This document shows, one piece after another, positions 45,857-61,026 of a stretch of DNA of 64,000 nucleotides. Under the pieces are notes generated by a model. It made no database searches, was not told the DNA's origin, and saw only the letters and a program-made list of their open reading frames with translations. Position 1 is the first letter of the stretch. Each line of letters starts with the position of its first letter. The DNA is from the human T2T-CHM13v2.0 reference genome, Homo sapiens, in assembly GCF_009914755.1 (NCBI RefSeq), contig NC_060932.1, one strand, 5' to 3'. The position numbers and the translations under genes are program-made.

Positions 45857-47204
45857 TGAGGTATTACCATTTTACCAATAAGGATTCTGAAGCTCAGAAA
45901 GGTTAAGTAACTCATCCAGGTTCACACAGCTGTAGGTAAGGACCCATGCATCTGAGTGCACACGCCTGCCTCGTAGTCTCTGAGCACTTTCCATCATCAC
46001 TGAATGGAAGGATGGGAATGGGATGGAGCTAGTGATTCTGATCCACAGACACTCCCCACTGGGAGTGATCATCTCTGGTTCTGTGTCAGCACTGGAGAGA
46101 GAGTTACTTGCTGGAGGGCAGGAGAAGGCATGAATGGAAAATGAAATGATTGATTCAATTTAGAAAAAAAATTATTGCTCCACCACCATGAGCAAGGTAC
46201 AGTGTTTTAAAATTTCCCTTTCGAGAACAAAATGAATCTAATGGAAGAAAAAAAGAGAGGCAAAGGGAGCCCAATAATTTGGGTATAAACATTCCAGTTT
46301 AAATTACCTTTTCTTCTTCAAATATCACCTTTTCTCACCTTTGTGGGAAGACCCTATAATTTTAGATTTATCTCAACTATTGCTCCCAAGGCTGGCTGGG
46401 GTTGTCAGTCAGGACCATCTGTGCTGGAACGAGGTTTCCTGCAAAGACACGATTTTCACTTACTAAGAGCTATACATGACATCATGCACTTTCAACAGGA
46501 ACTTCTTCACTTTTGCATGTCTTTTCTTTTCCTGCCTAAACAGATGCCTGCCTGTTATTCTACAAGAAAAACAATGGTGAGGCACGTTATTGGATAAGCC
46601 GTTTCATTTTCATGGGGCACAGCTGGAGAACCCATATGTAGAGATTTGGCCAGAGTTGATTCCTGGCTTTGCCTGAGGACAGAACATCCAGATCAACGTT
46701 AAACATTTATTCAAAGCCAATGGGTCTAGTCTTTCCAACCCCTTCTTCACGATCTCTACTCAAAAGTTGTTAGAATGAATTCATTTAGCTTTTTGTGGGT
46801 TTTCTTATGGATATTCGTTTTTTCTGACTGCCTGGATACACATGTACATCAAGCCTTTTGTCACCTAATTTAAGTCCAATTGATAGACATGTATAAGGCA
46901 GGTGCCCTGGAGATGAGGAAGGAGGAAGAGGTTGGGTATCAGAGTAGAATGATGGTCCCTGAACTCTGGAGGCTTGCATTTAAATTAAGTACCTATCTAA
47001 TGTTTAAATAGATCAATTCAAATAAATGCATACATAAAGTACCAGAGGGTCATCCCTGTTGGTGACACACTGTTAAATAATACTGACCTAGAGAATATTA
47101 TTATTAATGTAATAGTACACGACACCATTTATTGAGCATATGGTATGTGCCTGGCAGTTGTAAGGTGGTCGCTATCCCCATTTTGATGACAAAACAACAA
47201 ACTT

Positions 47205-47646
47205 GGTGTTAGTCAATTCTTGTGTTAAGATAAAGGAATACCTGAGGCTGGGCAATTTACAATGAAAAGAGGTTTAATTGGCTTACGGTTCTGCAGGCCG
47301 TACAAGCACAGTGCCAGCATCTGCTTGGCTTCCGGTGGGAGCTTAGGAAGCTTGCAATCATGGTGGAAGGTGAAGCAGGAGCAGGCAAAGGGGGAGCAGT
47401 CACATGGAGAGAGAGGAAGTGAGAGAGGAAGCAAGAGAGGCAGTGGGGGAGGGGACCACACACTTTTAAACCAGATCTTATATGAACTCAGAGGGAGAAC
47501 TCACTCATCACCAAGGGGATGGCTCTAAGCCATTCATGAGGGATCTGCCCCCATGATCCAATCACCTCCCACCAGGCCCCACCTCCAACACTGGGGATTA
47601 CATTTCAACCGGAGATTTAGAGTGAATAAACATTCAAGCCGTATCA
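47205..47646 (-). mobile_element. MSTB-like solo LTR inside a MIR
   Basis: AAGAGGTTTAATTGGCTTACGGTTCTGCAGG core, CAAGCCGTATCA end. Confidence 0.8.
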
Positions 47647-50600
47647 CTCTGTGAAGTGCTAAGGTCACAGAGCTGGTAATGGCCAAGTCGCAGATCCTAT
47701 ATTCTGAGCTGTGAGGCTATGCTGCCCCCGATGAGGAAGCCAAGGCACAGATAGGCAATGTGATACCATGCATGGGCGCAAAACTTGCTAATGAATTATG
47801 CAAAATGGTATTGTAAAAAAGAGCTGAGTCTGAGGACCTGGGTTTGAGCCCTTTCTGCAGTTTTCTACTTGTGACTTTAGAAAAGTTGTATAATAATTCT
47901 TTGCACTTCAGTTTCCTCATTTCTCCAATTTTCATACGACTAGCCAACTCTTACATACGTTGAATAGGAAAATGCATGTGCAAAGTCCTTGCTAACTACT
48001 ATTAACAGTTTGGAAGAGTACATGCAAAGCAAACGTGGGTGAAACAAGGCCTATTTTAACTACTGGTAAATAAAGAAATAATGCATCTAGGAGGTACCTA
48101 AAATAGCATTAGCTTCAACCTTTGCATACTGCAAACAAAATCTGTGTCTGCTCCCTGGGCTGGTGGCTCCTTGGTCCTCCCATACCCCATTCTGGTGGCA
48201 TGCAGAGTGAACCTATAAACTCCCAGTAGAAATCAATTCACAGAATCGCCAGGAATGAAGATGTTATTTCTGGATATATGGGGCAAAGGTCTGTCTTCCC
48301 TAATATTTTATCCCTTAAATCACAGAGAAGAAAAACTGTGAGATTTACCTGACCCAGTAGAATTGAGGGAGTGTGTGTGGAAAGACTCACACAGAAATCG
48401 TAAAGCATTTTGTTTTCTTCCCCTCACCCACAAAGTTCCCCAGACCCCTTTAGGAAGATTCATAAAGCGAATCACTGGTGCTTCCGAGTGGGTGTGGCCC
48501 CTGGCAATCCCTGTCATCATCAGCTTGCTTCCTGTGCCATCGCAGGCCCCAAGAGCAGGGCTGGCATGACTGCCTGTGTCATTCCTCTTTGCTCTACTTG
48601 TCTAGGGTTATGGCTGAGCCCCAGGTGCCGTGGTGCTGTCACATTTCATCAACAGGGGCCCTGTCAAAGAATTCCAGAGAAATCTCCAAGTTGCCTTTCA
48701 GAAGTGATACCAAGCACCTCTGCCCCAAGCCATGTCTGGCACTGCCAAGCATCACCGATGAAGGTTCCGGTAGTAAGAACAGCAATGGCCCACTGAGTTC
48801 TTCCTCTGTGCCTGGCTCTGGGCTTGGGGCTTTTCCAGGGCTGTCTCCAGATCTCCCAGGTAGCCAGTGGGGAAGGCTCTACCTCATTGTGCAGATAAAC
48901 AAATTCAGGCTCACAGAGGGACTGGGCTGGCATTCGAACCCAGGCGGACACTTCTGCCGAACTTCCTTCCAGTTCAGCAAGGTTAAGACTGGGATTGATT
49001 CGTACCTGAAGGTAGCATAGTACTGGAGGAGTTCACACCTCTCACATTAACAATTACTCAAACTTTCGCTAGATGTCTGACTCCGTGTTTTATAAGCAGT
49101 ATTGCATTATTTTTCACAACAACTAATGATACCTCACTTTAGAGAGTGAGGGTTCTGGGAACTTAAGTAACTTCCCCATGGGCCACAGCTGTAAGGAGCT
49201 GAGCCAGGATTCAAACTCAGGCCTGTCTGAGCGTGAGGTCCTTGCTCTGAACCACTGTCCTCTACTGGCTTTTTCTGTGGTTCTCTGACATTCATCTTAG
49301 GAACTTATCAAGCCAGGGCTACTCCATGTGGCAGGCAGAGAGTGGGAAGACAGCCAGGAAAAGGGCAAGGGGCATGGAGAAGTCCTGCTCGGTTCTTTGG
49401 CCGCCAGCTGTCCCTGTTAAGTCTGATTGGGATCCAGCTGTACGACATGTGCCAGGCATTGGCGTGGTGCTTTCACATTTATTAGATTGTTTCAGTCTCA
49501 GAACAAGCTTGTTGAGCAGCTGCTATCACCTCCACTTTACAAACGAGGACATTGAGACTTCATAGATTAGGTGACTCTCCAGGTCACATAGCTAGTAGCT
49601 AGCAGCAGAGCCTGGGTGGGAACTGTGGCTCTAGACAGTATTTGAGAAGTGGCTCCTCTGGCAGACACTCTTTGTTGATTGACTCAGTGGATAATCCTGC
49701 TCCCTTATGCTGGGCGTCTCTTTACAAAGGGCAATTGCTTCCTTTCTCAGTCCCTGGTCTGATCACATGACAGTTCTGACCAATGGGATGTCAGCAGAAG
49801 TCCATTAGGAGCTTCTGGGAAGGCTGTTGCTTTTTCTGAGGAAAGGGATAGATGCCATTAACTCCACCTCTTCCCGCCTTCTTCTTGGTTTAATGAGGTC
49901 ACATTCCTAGAGTAGCACCAGCCATCTTGCAAACTTGTAAGAAAGGCCAAGAGCAGGTGGCCCTGACATCACTGAGCCACCGGATCTACACCATCAGCTG
50001 CCTAGCTGTAGGCTTCTTGGTATGTGCAACAAATACACCTCCTTTCTTTTTAAGCCCCTGAAAGTCAGGCTTTCTATAACCTGCAGCCAAGCATACTCTT
50101 GATGAATGCAAGTTCTTATGGGACAGAATAAAGCAGTAGCAAACCTTGTGATGCCCTGGTCAGGTGGGTTCTATTGATTAGTAAGCACCAGACACAAGGC
50201 TCTTGGATGTGATAATAAAACTCCTGGAATGATGAGAGTCATGTAAAATTGGTGTTTTATTTCTCCAAACTAAAATATTAGATCAATGGTCAGGCACAAA
50301 ACACGAACTAAAGTTGATAGACTTTCAGGAGCAAACTTGTCAAGGGCTGTGGTCCTCTCTGAGACCCCTTTAGAGCCCACCAAACCCTGATGAAGATCTT
50401 TCTGAGAAGAGCAGAAAGGAGAGCAGTCAAGGAGGACAGAAGTCAAAGTTGGAGACCCCGAGATATTTCCCAGGGAGTGCCAGAAACATGGGGATGTTGA
50501 TGACTCTGCCTGACTCTCTCTTTGCTCCTCCACTCTTTCTCTCCATCCCTGGGTGCAAAATTGGCAATTTTATGCGGGGGCTAACAGTGTAGGCATCAGA

Positions 50601-52736
50601 TTGTCTGAGTTCAAACCTTAGTTATGAATACAACCCAGTTATGAGAGTTACTATCCATATAGCACTGGACAAGTTACTTAAACTCTCTAAGTCTGTCCTC
50701 CATCTATAAAACAGACTAATAATGGTGCCTAATTCACAGGGTTTTCATGAGGCTTAAATTAGATAAGCCACACCATGTGCTTAACTCAGGCCCTGGCTTA
50801 TGATGATTGATAATGTTAGTTATTGTTAGGGTCTCCAGCAAGAGCAGATGGCTATCTGTCCACGGTGCTATTATCACACAAGAAGGCCTTCTTACCTCCA
50901 ACTCCCCTGCTTTCTGCTTGAGTCCTGCTGTGCTGACCGTTATGTGCTCACACTGTTAACTCCCCTTGAGGTCAGAAAAGCCAGTGTTGGGGATGGTGGA
51001 CAGTCAGAGCCTTGGCCGCTTTCCAGCTGAAGGCCTTGGCCAGTGGCCTTGACTTTCCCAGCACTAACCTGTTTATACCCAACAAGACAAACTACCACAG
51101 GGCAGGTCAAGACAAGAGCAGGGGTGCCAGGAAAGAGCCAGCCCATGAAATAGAAACAGGGGTCGACCAGATACCTTCTGGGGGCCCCATTTTGTTTTAT
51201 GGTTTGAGATTGGGATAAAATTGAATGTAATAAACTTAACTCTGAGTGAGACAACATGGGATTTTTTTTTTTCCTCCTCATTTAAGTCTGGGCAGTTTTC
51301 CTATTAGTCAAGAGAACAAGCCATAAATCTTGCCATGGACACGAGCGCTGGGCACACAATGCACTGCGCTGCCTCCCCTGTTTCCAGAAAGGGCTGATGG
51401 ATCCTTCCCCTCACATTTATTTCACCCATTAACGCGGCACAGTAGAATTTCAACAAGACAGAAATAGAAGACAGAAAGGTTGGTCCTGTCAAAAGCTCTT
51501 AATATAATTATGAGTCCAACCTCTCCATGCACCCCCTCCCCCAACCTCCAGGAATAATTAGGCTGCAAGACGCTAGGAACAAAACTGAGGTCTGGGAGGA
51601 AAGAGACAGGCAGGCTGAGGACAGGCTGATTAGCACAGTGGCTGCTGGTGTTCTGCAGGAGGAGGACGCTGAGATGCCGCAGCCCTGTGGGCTCCCTGGG
51701 AATTCTGCTGGTTCATAAAAGTCCCGGTTAGAGCTTAGCTCATCCCAGGCAGCAATTAGTGGCTCTAATGATTTCAGCTGATGGATTTGGGCTGCCTCCT
51801 CCCCCAACCCTGAACACTTCATAGTGCACAGAGTCTTTGCTGCAGGTTAGTTCTATGAAATAGGCCTTCATTGCACCTTTCCACCCACAGTGTCCACAGA
51901 AGGGGGCCAAGGACTCTAGGCTTCCGGCCTGATGGGGGCCTCAGAGGCAGGCCCAGCCCAGAACATCCAGGGTACCAGCAGGAAAGCAGATTCCCTCTTC
52001 CCTTGGACATTTGCTTTATGTTTAGTGTTTAATTTTCTCTTTGAAAGGCAATCTACAGAACGAAGAAAAGCAGTCCCCAAAGTCCATTCTGAGCTGTCTC
52101 TTCTCCAACTTAATTTCCATTCTAATGTTTATGTGGCTCCCACCTGCAGCTGGCACTTGTGATTCCATTTCTGCAGCTATTCTCCCCAGGGTCTTCTGTC
52201 TTGTCAGGGGCTTTCACTGTATCATTTCAGGGTTTGGAGCAGAATTACAGAGCTCGGGTGTTGATGGGGGCAGCTCAGGAGTGGCCCAGCACCCTGGAAA
52301 TGAGCTTCCTCAGCTTCATTCTCTCCAGCCCCAAAGACAGGCTGCCCTTTTGCTCTGCTGATTGTCACCTGGACTGCAGAGCACCTATTCTAGACTAGTG
52401 GTGAAGTGACAGGTCTCTGTGCTCTGTACACAGAACAGACTTGGGTCCGTGGAACCTGCTTCTTCATAATTCTGCACCTGGCTTCTGTCAACAGTGGTGC
52501 TGACTGTGTCTTTAAGAGGCACTTCAGTTTAGCCTTTTAAAATACTCTCTTAAGCCAAACCAGATTGCCTTGGGTTTGAATCTCAGAACTGCCACTTACC
52601 AGCTATATGAATTTGAACAATTTCTCTAACTTCTCTGTGCCTCGGTTTTCTCACATATAAAATTGGGTATCAACAGTACAGGGCCTTTGTTAGCATTAAA
52701 CAAAGTAGTAGATATAAATTTCCTGGAAGAGTGCCA

Positions 52737-53038
52737 GGCTGGATGTGGTGGCTCACGCCTGTAATCTCAGCACTTTGGGAGGCCGAGGTGGGAGGATTGC
52801 TTGAGCTCAGGAGTTTGAGACCAGCTTGGACAACAAAGTGAGACCCTGTCTGTACAAAAAATAGCCAGAATTAACCAGGCGTGATGGCATGCACCTGTGG
52901 TCACTGCTACTCAGGAGGCTAAGGCAGGAGTATTGCTTGTGCCTAGGAGTTTGAGACTGCAGTGAGCTATGATTGTGCCACTGCACTCCAGCCTGGGGTC
53001 ACAGAACGAGACCCTGTCTCAAAAAAAAAAAAAAAAAA
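52737..53038 (+). mobile_element. AluJ inserted in a MIR
   Basis: GGAGGATTGCTTGAGCTCAGGAG and GCAGTGAGCTATGATTGTGCC J diagnostics; poly-A tail. Confidence 0.9.
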
Positions 53039-54888
53039 GCGTCAGGCACACTTAGCATCAATAAGTGTTGGATGTAATTATTATTACTATTAGTAAACAT
53101 TCCTGGGAGGATGGAGCTGCAGTCCCGAGCATGTCCAGCAGAGTGCGCCCTGCAGTTCAGAGGCGCAGAGTGTTCAGGGGGTGGCCTCACTGTGGGCTCC
53201 CCTGCATGCCGACTGCCAGATACCCACTTAATGGATCCCATTGGACCAATGGGTGCTTCCATCCCTTCACAGGCTCCATCTTTATCTTTCTAAACCATCG
53301 TGCCTGAAGACTCCTGGAGGTGACCTGTTTGTGAGGAAGGCAAGAGACCAGGAAGACAGGGAGGAAATCACCTGGATTCTGATTCCCAACCTCGGAAGGG
53401 CTCAGTCACTGGGCAAAACCCTCACTACTGGCAAGAGGCATAACGGGCATTTTCATCCACACAGACTGGCTCTGAGGGTGCCCCCACTCAGCATTATGAG
53501 CCCTTTGGGGAGTGGTCCTTTCGCCAGGGGCTGCTCTGTGCCATCCCAGGCTTTGGAGCGGCGGCTGGTGTGGATGATTCCACCAACAAATCTCTGAAAT
53601 CAGAAATGAGGCTGTTTCATAATCTCCAAAGGCTGGAGACGTTCCAGGCAGTGGAAAGAGAAGCTGGCCTACTTTAAAGAGCTTCAGAGAATGAAATTCC
53701 CAGCCCTCCGCAGACATGGGAAGAGCTGCCACCTTCAGGCCAAGTGTAGATGACAGGCCTCTTCCTAAAATGCTCAGCCACCTGTTCAACCCCTGTGGGA
53801 CCCAATAGCTCACAAACCTGTCTCCTGCCTGCTGGCAGGGAATTCCTAGGATCTAACCAGAGCCTGTGCCCTGCTCACTATCTATCTACGTGGCCTCGCT
53901 TCTGGGCAGGTGTGGATAAATTTCTCTGTGCCCCCACTAAATTAGGTCCCCAGGTAAGAGGACACGCAGCTGTCTCTGGCAGCCAGTCTCCACATTTGCC
54001 TAACTTGCTTTGTGGCGCACTGCCAGCTGCCTATGTTAGCGGCTGCTCCACAGCACAGAACGCAGATTAGAAGTCTGTGGACTCTGCAGGGGTCCAGGCT
54101 GCGCTGACCTCCTGCAAGCTGGGTGGGGTAGGGTGAACTCCAGGAGCGTGGGTCTCCTGAAGGCTGGGCTTGGGCCCTGGAGGTGGGCAGACCTCCATGT
54201 CTGCAACCTGCCACCCAACCCCTCCTTGGGCCTTCAATACCCTGGAGTCACCCATCAGAAAGGCCAGGCCTCTTGATTGCCTGTGATGATCTATTTAGGC
54301 TCTGTTTATATCACCTGTTTTAGGCTGACTTTCCCTGGATCAAGGGCCCACCAGTGTTGTTTCAAGTAGACAAGGTAGCCCTAGGTTGATTTGAGAAGCT
54401 GCTGGTCTTTGGTGTCCGTCACTCCCCAGCCACAATCTCCTCAGGGCCTGGCTTTCCTGCGGTCTGTCCTGCCAAGCTCAGCAAATGTCAAGGATGTAAC
54501 CAGTTGGAGTGATGTGGGCCCTATAACACTTCCCTGCCATTCCCCTGCTATGGCTCCTTAACTGCCCTTGTTAGAGATTCAACTTCCTGAGGCCCCTCAG
54601 GAAGAGTAGGGGTGAGGTGTTGACACAGCCCAGGCTTTGGGGCCAGATCTGGGCTCCAGAACATGGGCGATGTGTAGCCTTGCGCAAGAGGTGCCTCTAC
54701 TCCTCAAGATGCCCACCTGCATGGTAGGGTGAGCAATGCCTCCTTTAAAAAGGCAAAAGATTTATACAATCTGAAGAGAAACCAGATTATGCAATGTCTA
54801 ATTAATCACTGTATATGAAGGAGTAAGAATGTATAGAAACCTTCTGAGAAGTCATCCACTGCACACACTTGATACTCATTAGCCACTA

Positions 54889-55580
54889 TGTAACTACCTG
54901 AGAGGTTCTTCTTGCCTGCTACACAAACAAAATCAATTCATGGAGACGGTGGCATTGCAGTAAAGAGTTTAATTGATGAGAGGCTGGCCACACCACGTGG
55001 GGGACAGAATTATTACTCAAATCAATTTCCTGTGAGCCTCAGAGGTTAGGGGTTTTCCAGAGATAATTTGGTGGGCAGGGAGCTAGGCAATGGGTGCTGC
55101 TGATTGGTTGCAGATGCAATTATAGGGGTGTGGACAATGGTCCTCAGGCACTCAGTCTGCTTCTGGGTGGGGGCCACCGGACTGGTCGAGTCACCAGTTA
55201 GGGCCATCCAGTTTTCAGAAATGCAAAAACCTGAAAAGACATCTCAAAAAGCCTATCTTAGGTTCTATGATAGTGATGTATTCTGCAAGAGTAACTGGGG
55301 AGGTTGCAAATCCTATGACCTCCGGAATAATGACTGGTAGTTATTTAGAATTCAGGCCCTTCTCATCTCCTAAGTCGGTGGCCTTTCATTAGTTTTACAA
55401 GGGCACTTTAGTTTGGGGGAAGGGCTATTACCATTTAAACTATAAATTAAATTTCTCCCAAAGTTAGTTTGGCCCATACCCAGGAATGTGCAAAGACAGC
55501 CCGCCTGTGAAGCTAGAAGCAAGATGGAGTCAGCCATGTCAGATTTCTCTTACGGTCATAATTTTGCAAAGGTGGTTTCA
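54889..55580 (-). mobile_element. ERV1 solo LTR (LTR8/LTR26-like)
   Basis: TGTAACTACC...GCTAGAAGCAAGATGGAGTCAGCCATG...GCAAAGGTGGTTTCA. Confidence 0.8.
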
Positions 55581-57509
55581 ATTTGCTGAATTATTACACT
55601 AAGCCCATGACATCCCAGCTGTTTGGTGAGCATGGCTGCTGGCTGGATGTGAAGCCTTGCTGAAAGGAGGCTGGGTTAGTTTGGGCTGGGAGAAAGGGTA
55701 GGAAGTTGCCTTGAACCCAGGCACTGCCTGAAAAAAAAACAAAAAGAAAACACACACACAGCAAAATCCAGAACTCCCTGAAGCAGAAGAGGGAGGCATT
55801 GAAGGGCATTTGGAATAGAAAGTAGGGAGGATGGTAAAGGAGCCACAAATGATTTGCCTGTGTTGTCATTTTGCCCAAAGATGGCTCATCCTCAGGCTGA
55901 ATACAGGTTCTGAGGTTTTCTACCCACCCAGCCTCCCCAGCTCTGGCCCTGCCTGGCAGCCCACTCATGTCACATAATCTTGTGGCCTTGCTCTTTGCAG
56001 AGGAGGCAGATCCCCTGGGATATCCCTGAGAATGCAAACACAGGTCCTTCTACATGTTGGGGCACAGGTTGGGCAGAAAGAGGGAGGTTTTTAAGGCATT
56101 CAGGAATATTTAAGTGGGGAGAATCCTGCGGAAGAATGGGAGGGGACAAGAAGAACTTTCAGCTAACAAGGCTCCTAGGGCACCCTGGAATCAGCTGGTA
56201 CAACTTGACCAGCAGAAAAAAGGGAAGAAGAGGGACAGAGATGTGTGTGCCTGAAAGATCAGGCTGTTGGATGCATGGTGCCTCACTCTTGGTTCTGGGA
56301 AGGTTCTCGCTCTTGCTGGCTGGAAGAGAAGTTAGTCCGACAGAAGAGCCTACTTCACCAACTATGCCTCTGGCTGTGAAGACCATGCTGCCTCCCCCAG
56401 GGCTGCCTACAAAGGGACAGGGAACAAAATGCAGGAGCTGGGCAGGCATGCAGGGCAGCTGGGCAAGGCTGTGGTGGAGGCAGAGCCAGCTGTCTGCCTG
56501 GGTTCCTTCCTGTCTCGATTCGGCCCCACAAGGATCCAACACCTCCTACCCCAGTTCTGCCCCAAGACAGCATCACAAATAAAAATTACAGAAGAGGCAC
56601 ATTGGTGCATCTTCAATGCTACAGACATATATAATGCAATTTCCCCGATATCTGAGCTCCCCAGCATGCCAATTGATTTAATTATTCATAACCACCATCA
56701 ATAACTACTGATCGTCAAAGCAATGAATGAAGCTACTGGAGTTTTTGCTGAAGGAGGTGAACAGGCATGCACTGTCCCAGCCAGTCTGTTCTGAGCTGTC
56801 AGGCGCCTCTTCCCCCATTAGTCCCCGAAGCACAAAGCCCTCTCATCAGTCATTTCTGGCCTTATCTTATCGATCCTTTTAATAGCAGGAAGTAACAATT
56901 TATTAGCAATTTTCCAGAATCCCTGCCTCTTGGCTAGATGTTTTCCCATCTTGAGAGCTGAAGTCATATTTCTTCTAAATCTGGCTCTCTTCAAGGTACT
57001 CAAGGAGGCCAGGCTGAGAGAGCTGTGATGCCTATAGAGAAGAAACAATTAAATTAGGACAGTAATATTGTTTTAATTTTTCTGCTAATTTTGTGGTTTC
57101 AAATGAACAACTGGGCACAGGGAAGGGGTGTGGGGGGATGAGGGGACCCTACAGAAACCAGATGAAAAAACAAGTTTTATTTCAATCTTCTATTGAAATC
57201 TTTCTTTCCATTTTTTGTTCCCCCTTATTGAATTTGATTTTTAAAAGTGAGGCCCCAGGAAGAAGGACCTAGGCTGCGGGTCAGGGGCTGGGTGGGGGCC
57301 GAAGCTCCTAGAAGCTTAGCACCTATCCCTGCTCTAAGCCCCTGCACCTGTGACTCAGGCTTTTTGGTGCCTCAGTTTTACCCAGAAGAAAAAAAGAAAA
57401 AAAAAAAGCCTAGGAGAAGAAGAGGCCACTTCCCTATTCCATGACCCATGAACTGATTCATGAGCCCTTCTCATCTCTAGAATGAGGAACTGCAAGGGTG
57501 ACTGGAAAG

Positions 57510-57880
57510 GCCACCAACACCCGGCCCGCCAGGCCCTCCCCGGCCGCCCGACTACTGGAAGGAAGAGGAGAAATCTGGCCGCGGGGGGCGCTAGGGAGCC
57601 CCTTCTGGCTTCCAGACTGCGGGCCCAGCCACAGCCGTGGAGACTAGGCAGGGGCAGGCGCCTGGGGCTCCGCGAATGCAGCATATATCCTGCTGATGGC
57701 CTAAGGAACATACGCTATGAAGACAGCCTCACAGCAGCACGAACTCTCCAGGCTTCCGGGCCAGAGTCACAAAACCGCTGCTTCCCCAGGGGGAGACTCG
57801 CGTGTCCTAAGGACACTTTCCTCGCCCCAGGAGGCTTTGTCGCCTCTACCCGTCTCCGCCCCAGCGTCCCTGGGGTCCTT
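57510..57880. promoter_or_regulatory. Small CpG-rich patch with a CTCF-like motif; candidate regulatory element
   Basis: Local cluster of CpGs in non-repeat DNA; TGGCCGCGGGGGGCGCTAG at 57576-57594. Confidence 0.45.
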
Positions 57881-58233
57881 GGATCATCTTCTCCCAAGAC
57901 AGTGGGTCCAGGGCTGACATGTGGAACAGCCACTGTGTGCTGTGCCGGCCAGTTAACCGTTCTCCCCTTTAATCTGTGCAACAATAATAAATATTATTTA
58001 GCTCAGAACAAAAAACAGAGGCATCACAGAGAATAAATGGCTTGTCCAAGACCACCCAGCTAGTGACTGCCTTCAAATGCAAGTCCATCTGCTTTATTAT
58101 TTATTTTTCCAGTATCTATATTATAGTAAGCTATGGATGTCTATAGTTATATAAATATATACATATTTATTAATTAGTAATTAACATATACTTACAATTT
58201 ATTAATTATGTAACTTTAATATAATTTTGTAGT

Positions 58234-58592
58234 TGATATGGTTTAGCTCTGTGTCCCCAACCAAATCTCGTCGCAAATTGTAATCCCCAGGTGTGGAGGG
58301 AGGGACCAGGTAGGAGGTGATTGGATCGTGGGTTATTTTCCCTATGCTGTTCTCCTGATGGTGGGGGAGTTCTCACGAGACCTTGATGGCTTAAAAGTGG
58401 CAGTTTCCCCTGCTGTGTCTCTGTCCTGCCGCATGTAAGACGTGCCTTGCTTTCCGTTTGCCTTCCGCCAGGATTCTAAGTTTCCTGAGCCTCCCCAGCC
58501 ATGCAGAACTGTGAGCCAATTAAACCTCTCTTGTTTATAAATTACCCAGTCTCGAGTAGTTCTTTATAGCAGTGTGAAAACAGACTAATACA
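58234..58592 (+). mobile_element. MST/THE1D solo LTR
   Basis: TGATATGGTTTAGCTCTGTGTCCCC...GACTAATACA; TSD GTAGT. Confidence 0.88.
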
Positions 58593-59531
58593 GTAGTTAA
58601 TTTTAATTTTTATTATTGTTGCTGGAGTTTTTATGTTATTTATTTTTCAAATAGGCAATAGTTCATGTGATTCAAAATTCAAAATATACCAAAAGGAATT
58701 CAATGAGAAGTCCCCTCCTCAACCTATGTCCTTCTGCTCCCCAAGTCCCTACTCAGAGGTAACCACAGTTAATTAGTTTCTTGGTTATCCTTTCAGAGAT
58801 GGAAACAGAGAAAGATAAAAACAATATGCCTATATATTCTTTTTTACCTTTTTTATACAAATGCTGTGTACAATACACATCATTCTACTCCTCATTTTTC
58901 TTCCCCACTTAGTATTTTTTCACACTTAGTATTTCTTGGAGATCATTCCATTTCAGTATATAAAGAGCTGCCTAATTTCTATTTATGGCTCCATACTATG
59001 AAGATATCATATTAAATTATATTTCAATTTTGACGTAAATACTTCCCCGACTCCCTTCTTGTCTTACACATTTATTGTAAAGTTTCCATCTTCTATCTAA
59101 CTGAACTTTCCATTTTGAACCTTGATCCCAAGTACTCTGACCTGTTAGTTGGCAGAGTCTCTGCCCAGCCTCAGTCTGGGCCCTTCTACAAACTGGAGTC
59201 CTAACTTTCTGCAGTGATGCCTCCTCCACTGCGTGCCGTGGAATTGGGTCCACCGCTGCTCTGTAGCTGTGATCAAGAAGCATTTCAGATGTTATCCCAC
59301 CATGTGCAGAGCCCATGTTTTCAGGAGTCAAATGAGGTTAATGATCACATCTTATGAATTTAAGGAGAGGGCACTGGAAGAGGCTACAACTCTTGATGTC
59401 ACTCTGACCCACACATTTAATAATGTTTAGTAATAGGGTTTATGGTATAATAAAGCTGTAACGCTAGAAATGACTCACCTGGTTATACACTGCAACACTG
59501 CTGTGGACAAATAGAAACACAGAGCAGTTAA

Positions 59532-60132
<601 letters not shown>

Positions 60133-60556
60133 ATAACATGGTGGTTCTTAATGAATGCTAACATAATGGAAACATCAGGAAAGGTTGACAAGTATGTAAC
60201 TCTGGTGGGTGAGCTAAAACTGCCTCTATTACATATTACATCTCTGTACTAAAACTTTCATTTTACATATTTGAGTAGGTCACCAGACTGGGAATTCCTC
60301 AAAGTCAGGGATGGTGGCTTGTTTCTTCTATAGCCCTAGTGACTAGCTTGTCACATGCAAGTTAGACAGGACACTGTATCACTGAACTCCTAGGCCTGGC
60401 GGGAGCGTGGCAGGCCCACCAGGCATGGTAGACAGTGAAACTGAAAAGAGAGGCAGGAGAGGGTCAGGTAGGTCACAAGAGTCATGGGAAGGAGTTTGAA
60501 CTGAAAACTACAGCAATGGGGACCAGGTGTGCATATTAGCAAGTTGATTCTACTGA

Positions 60557-60850
60557 GGCCAGGTGCAGGGGCTCACATCTGTAATCCCAGCACCTTGGGA
60601 GGCTGAGGCAGGTGGATCGCTTGAGCCCAGGAGTTTGAGACCAGCTTGGGCAACTTTGCAAAACCCTATCTCTACTAAAAAAGACAAAAATTAGCTGGGC
60701 GTGGTGGCATGTGCCTGTAATCCCAGCCACGTAGGTGGCTGAGACATGAGAATGGCTTGAATGGGAGGCGGAGATTGCAGTGAGCTGAGATCACACCACT
60801 GCACTCTAGCCTGGGCTGCAGAGAGACACTCCGTCTCAAAAAAAAAAAAA
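60557..60850 (+). mobile_element. Alu (Jb/Sz age)
   Basis: Full dimer; 16-bp TSD AAGTTGATTCTACTGA at 60541-60556 and 60849-60864. Confidence 0.92.
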
Positions 60851-61026
60851 GTTGATTCTACTGAGCAGAGGAACAGAATAGAAAGTTCTGAAAAAAAAAT
60901 ACATCTTATATGAATTTCTTATATGATAAAGCTGAAATTTCAAATCGGTGAAGAAAATATGGATTATTTAATAAATAATATTGGGCCAACTGTTGAACCA
61001 TTTGGACAAAAAGCAATATTAGATCC

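Noticed and set aside
53237-53253. Palindrome CCCATTGG-A-CCAATGGG (opposed CCAAT boxes)
   Set aside because: A single 8-bp-arm palindrome is expected by chance in 64 kb, and there is no promoter context.
55980-58036. 200-aa (55980-56582) and 184-aa (57482-58036) ORFs
   Set aside because: Composition is typical of random GC-rich DNA, with no domain resemblance and no consistent exon structure; the second runs into a MIR.
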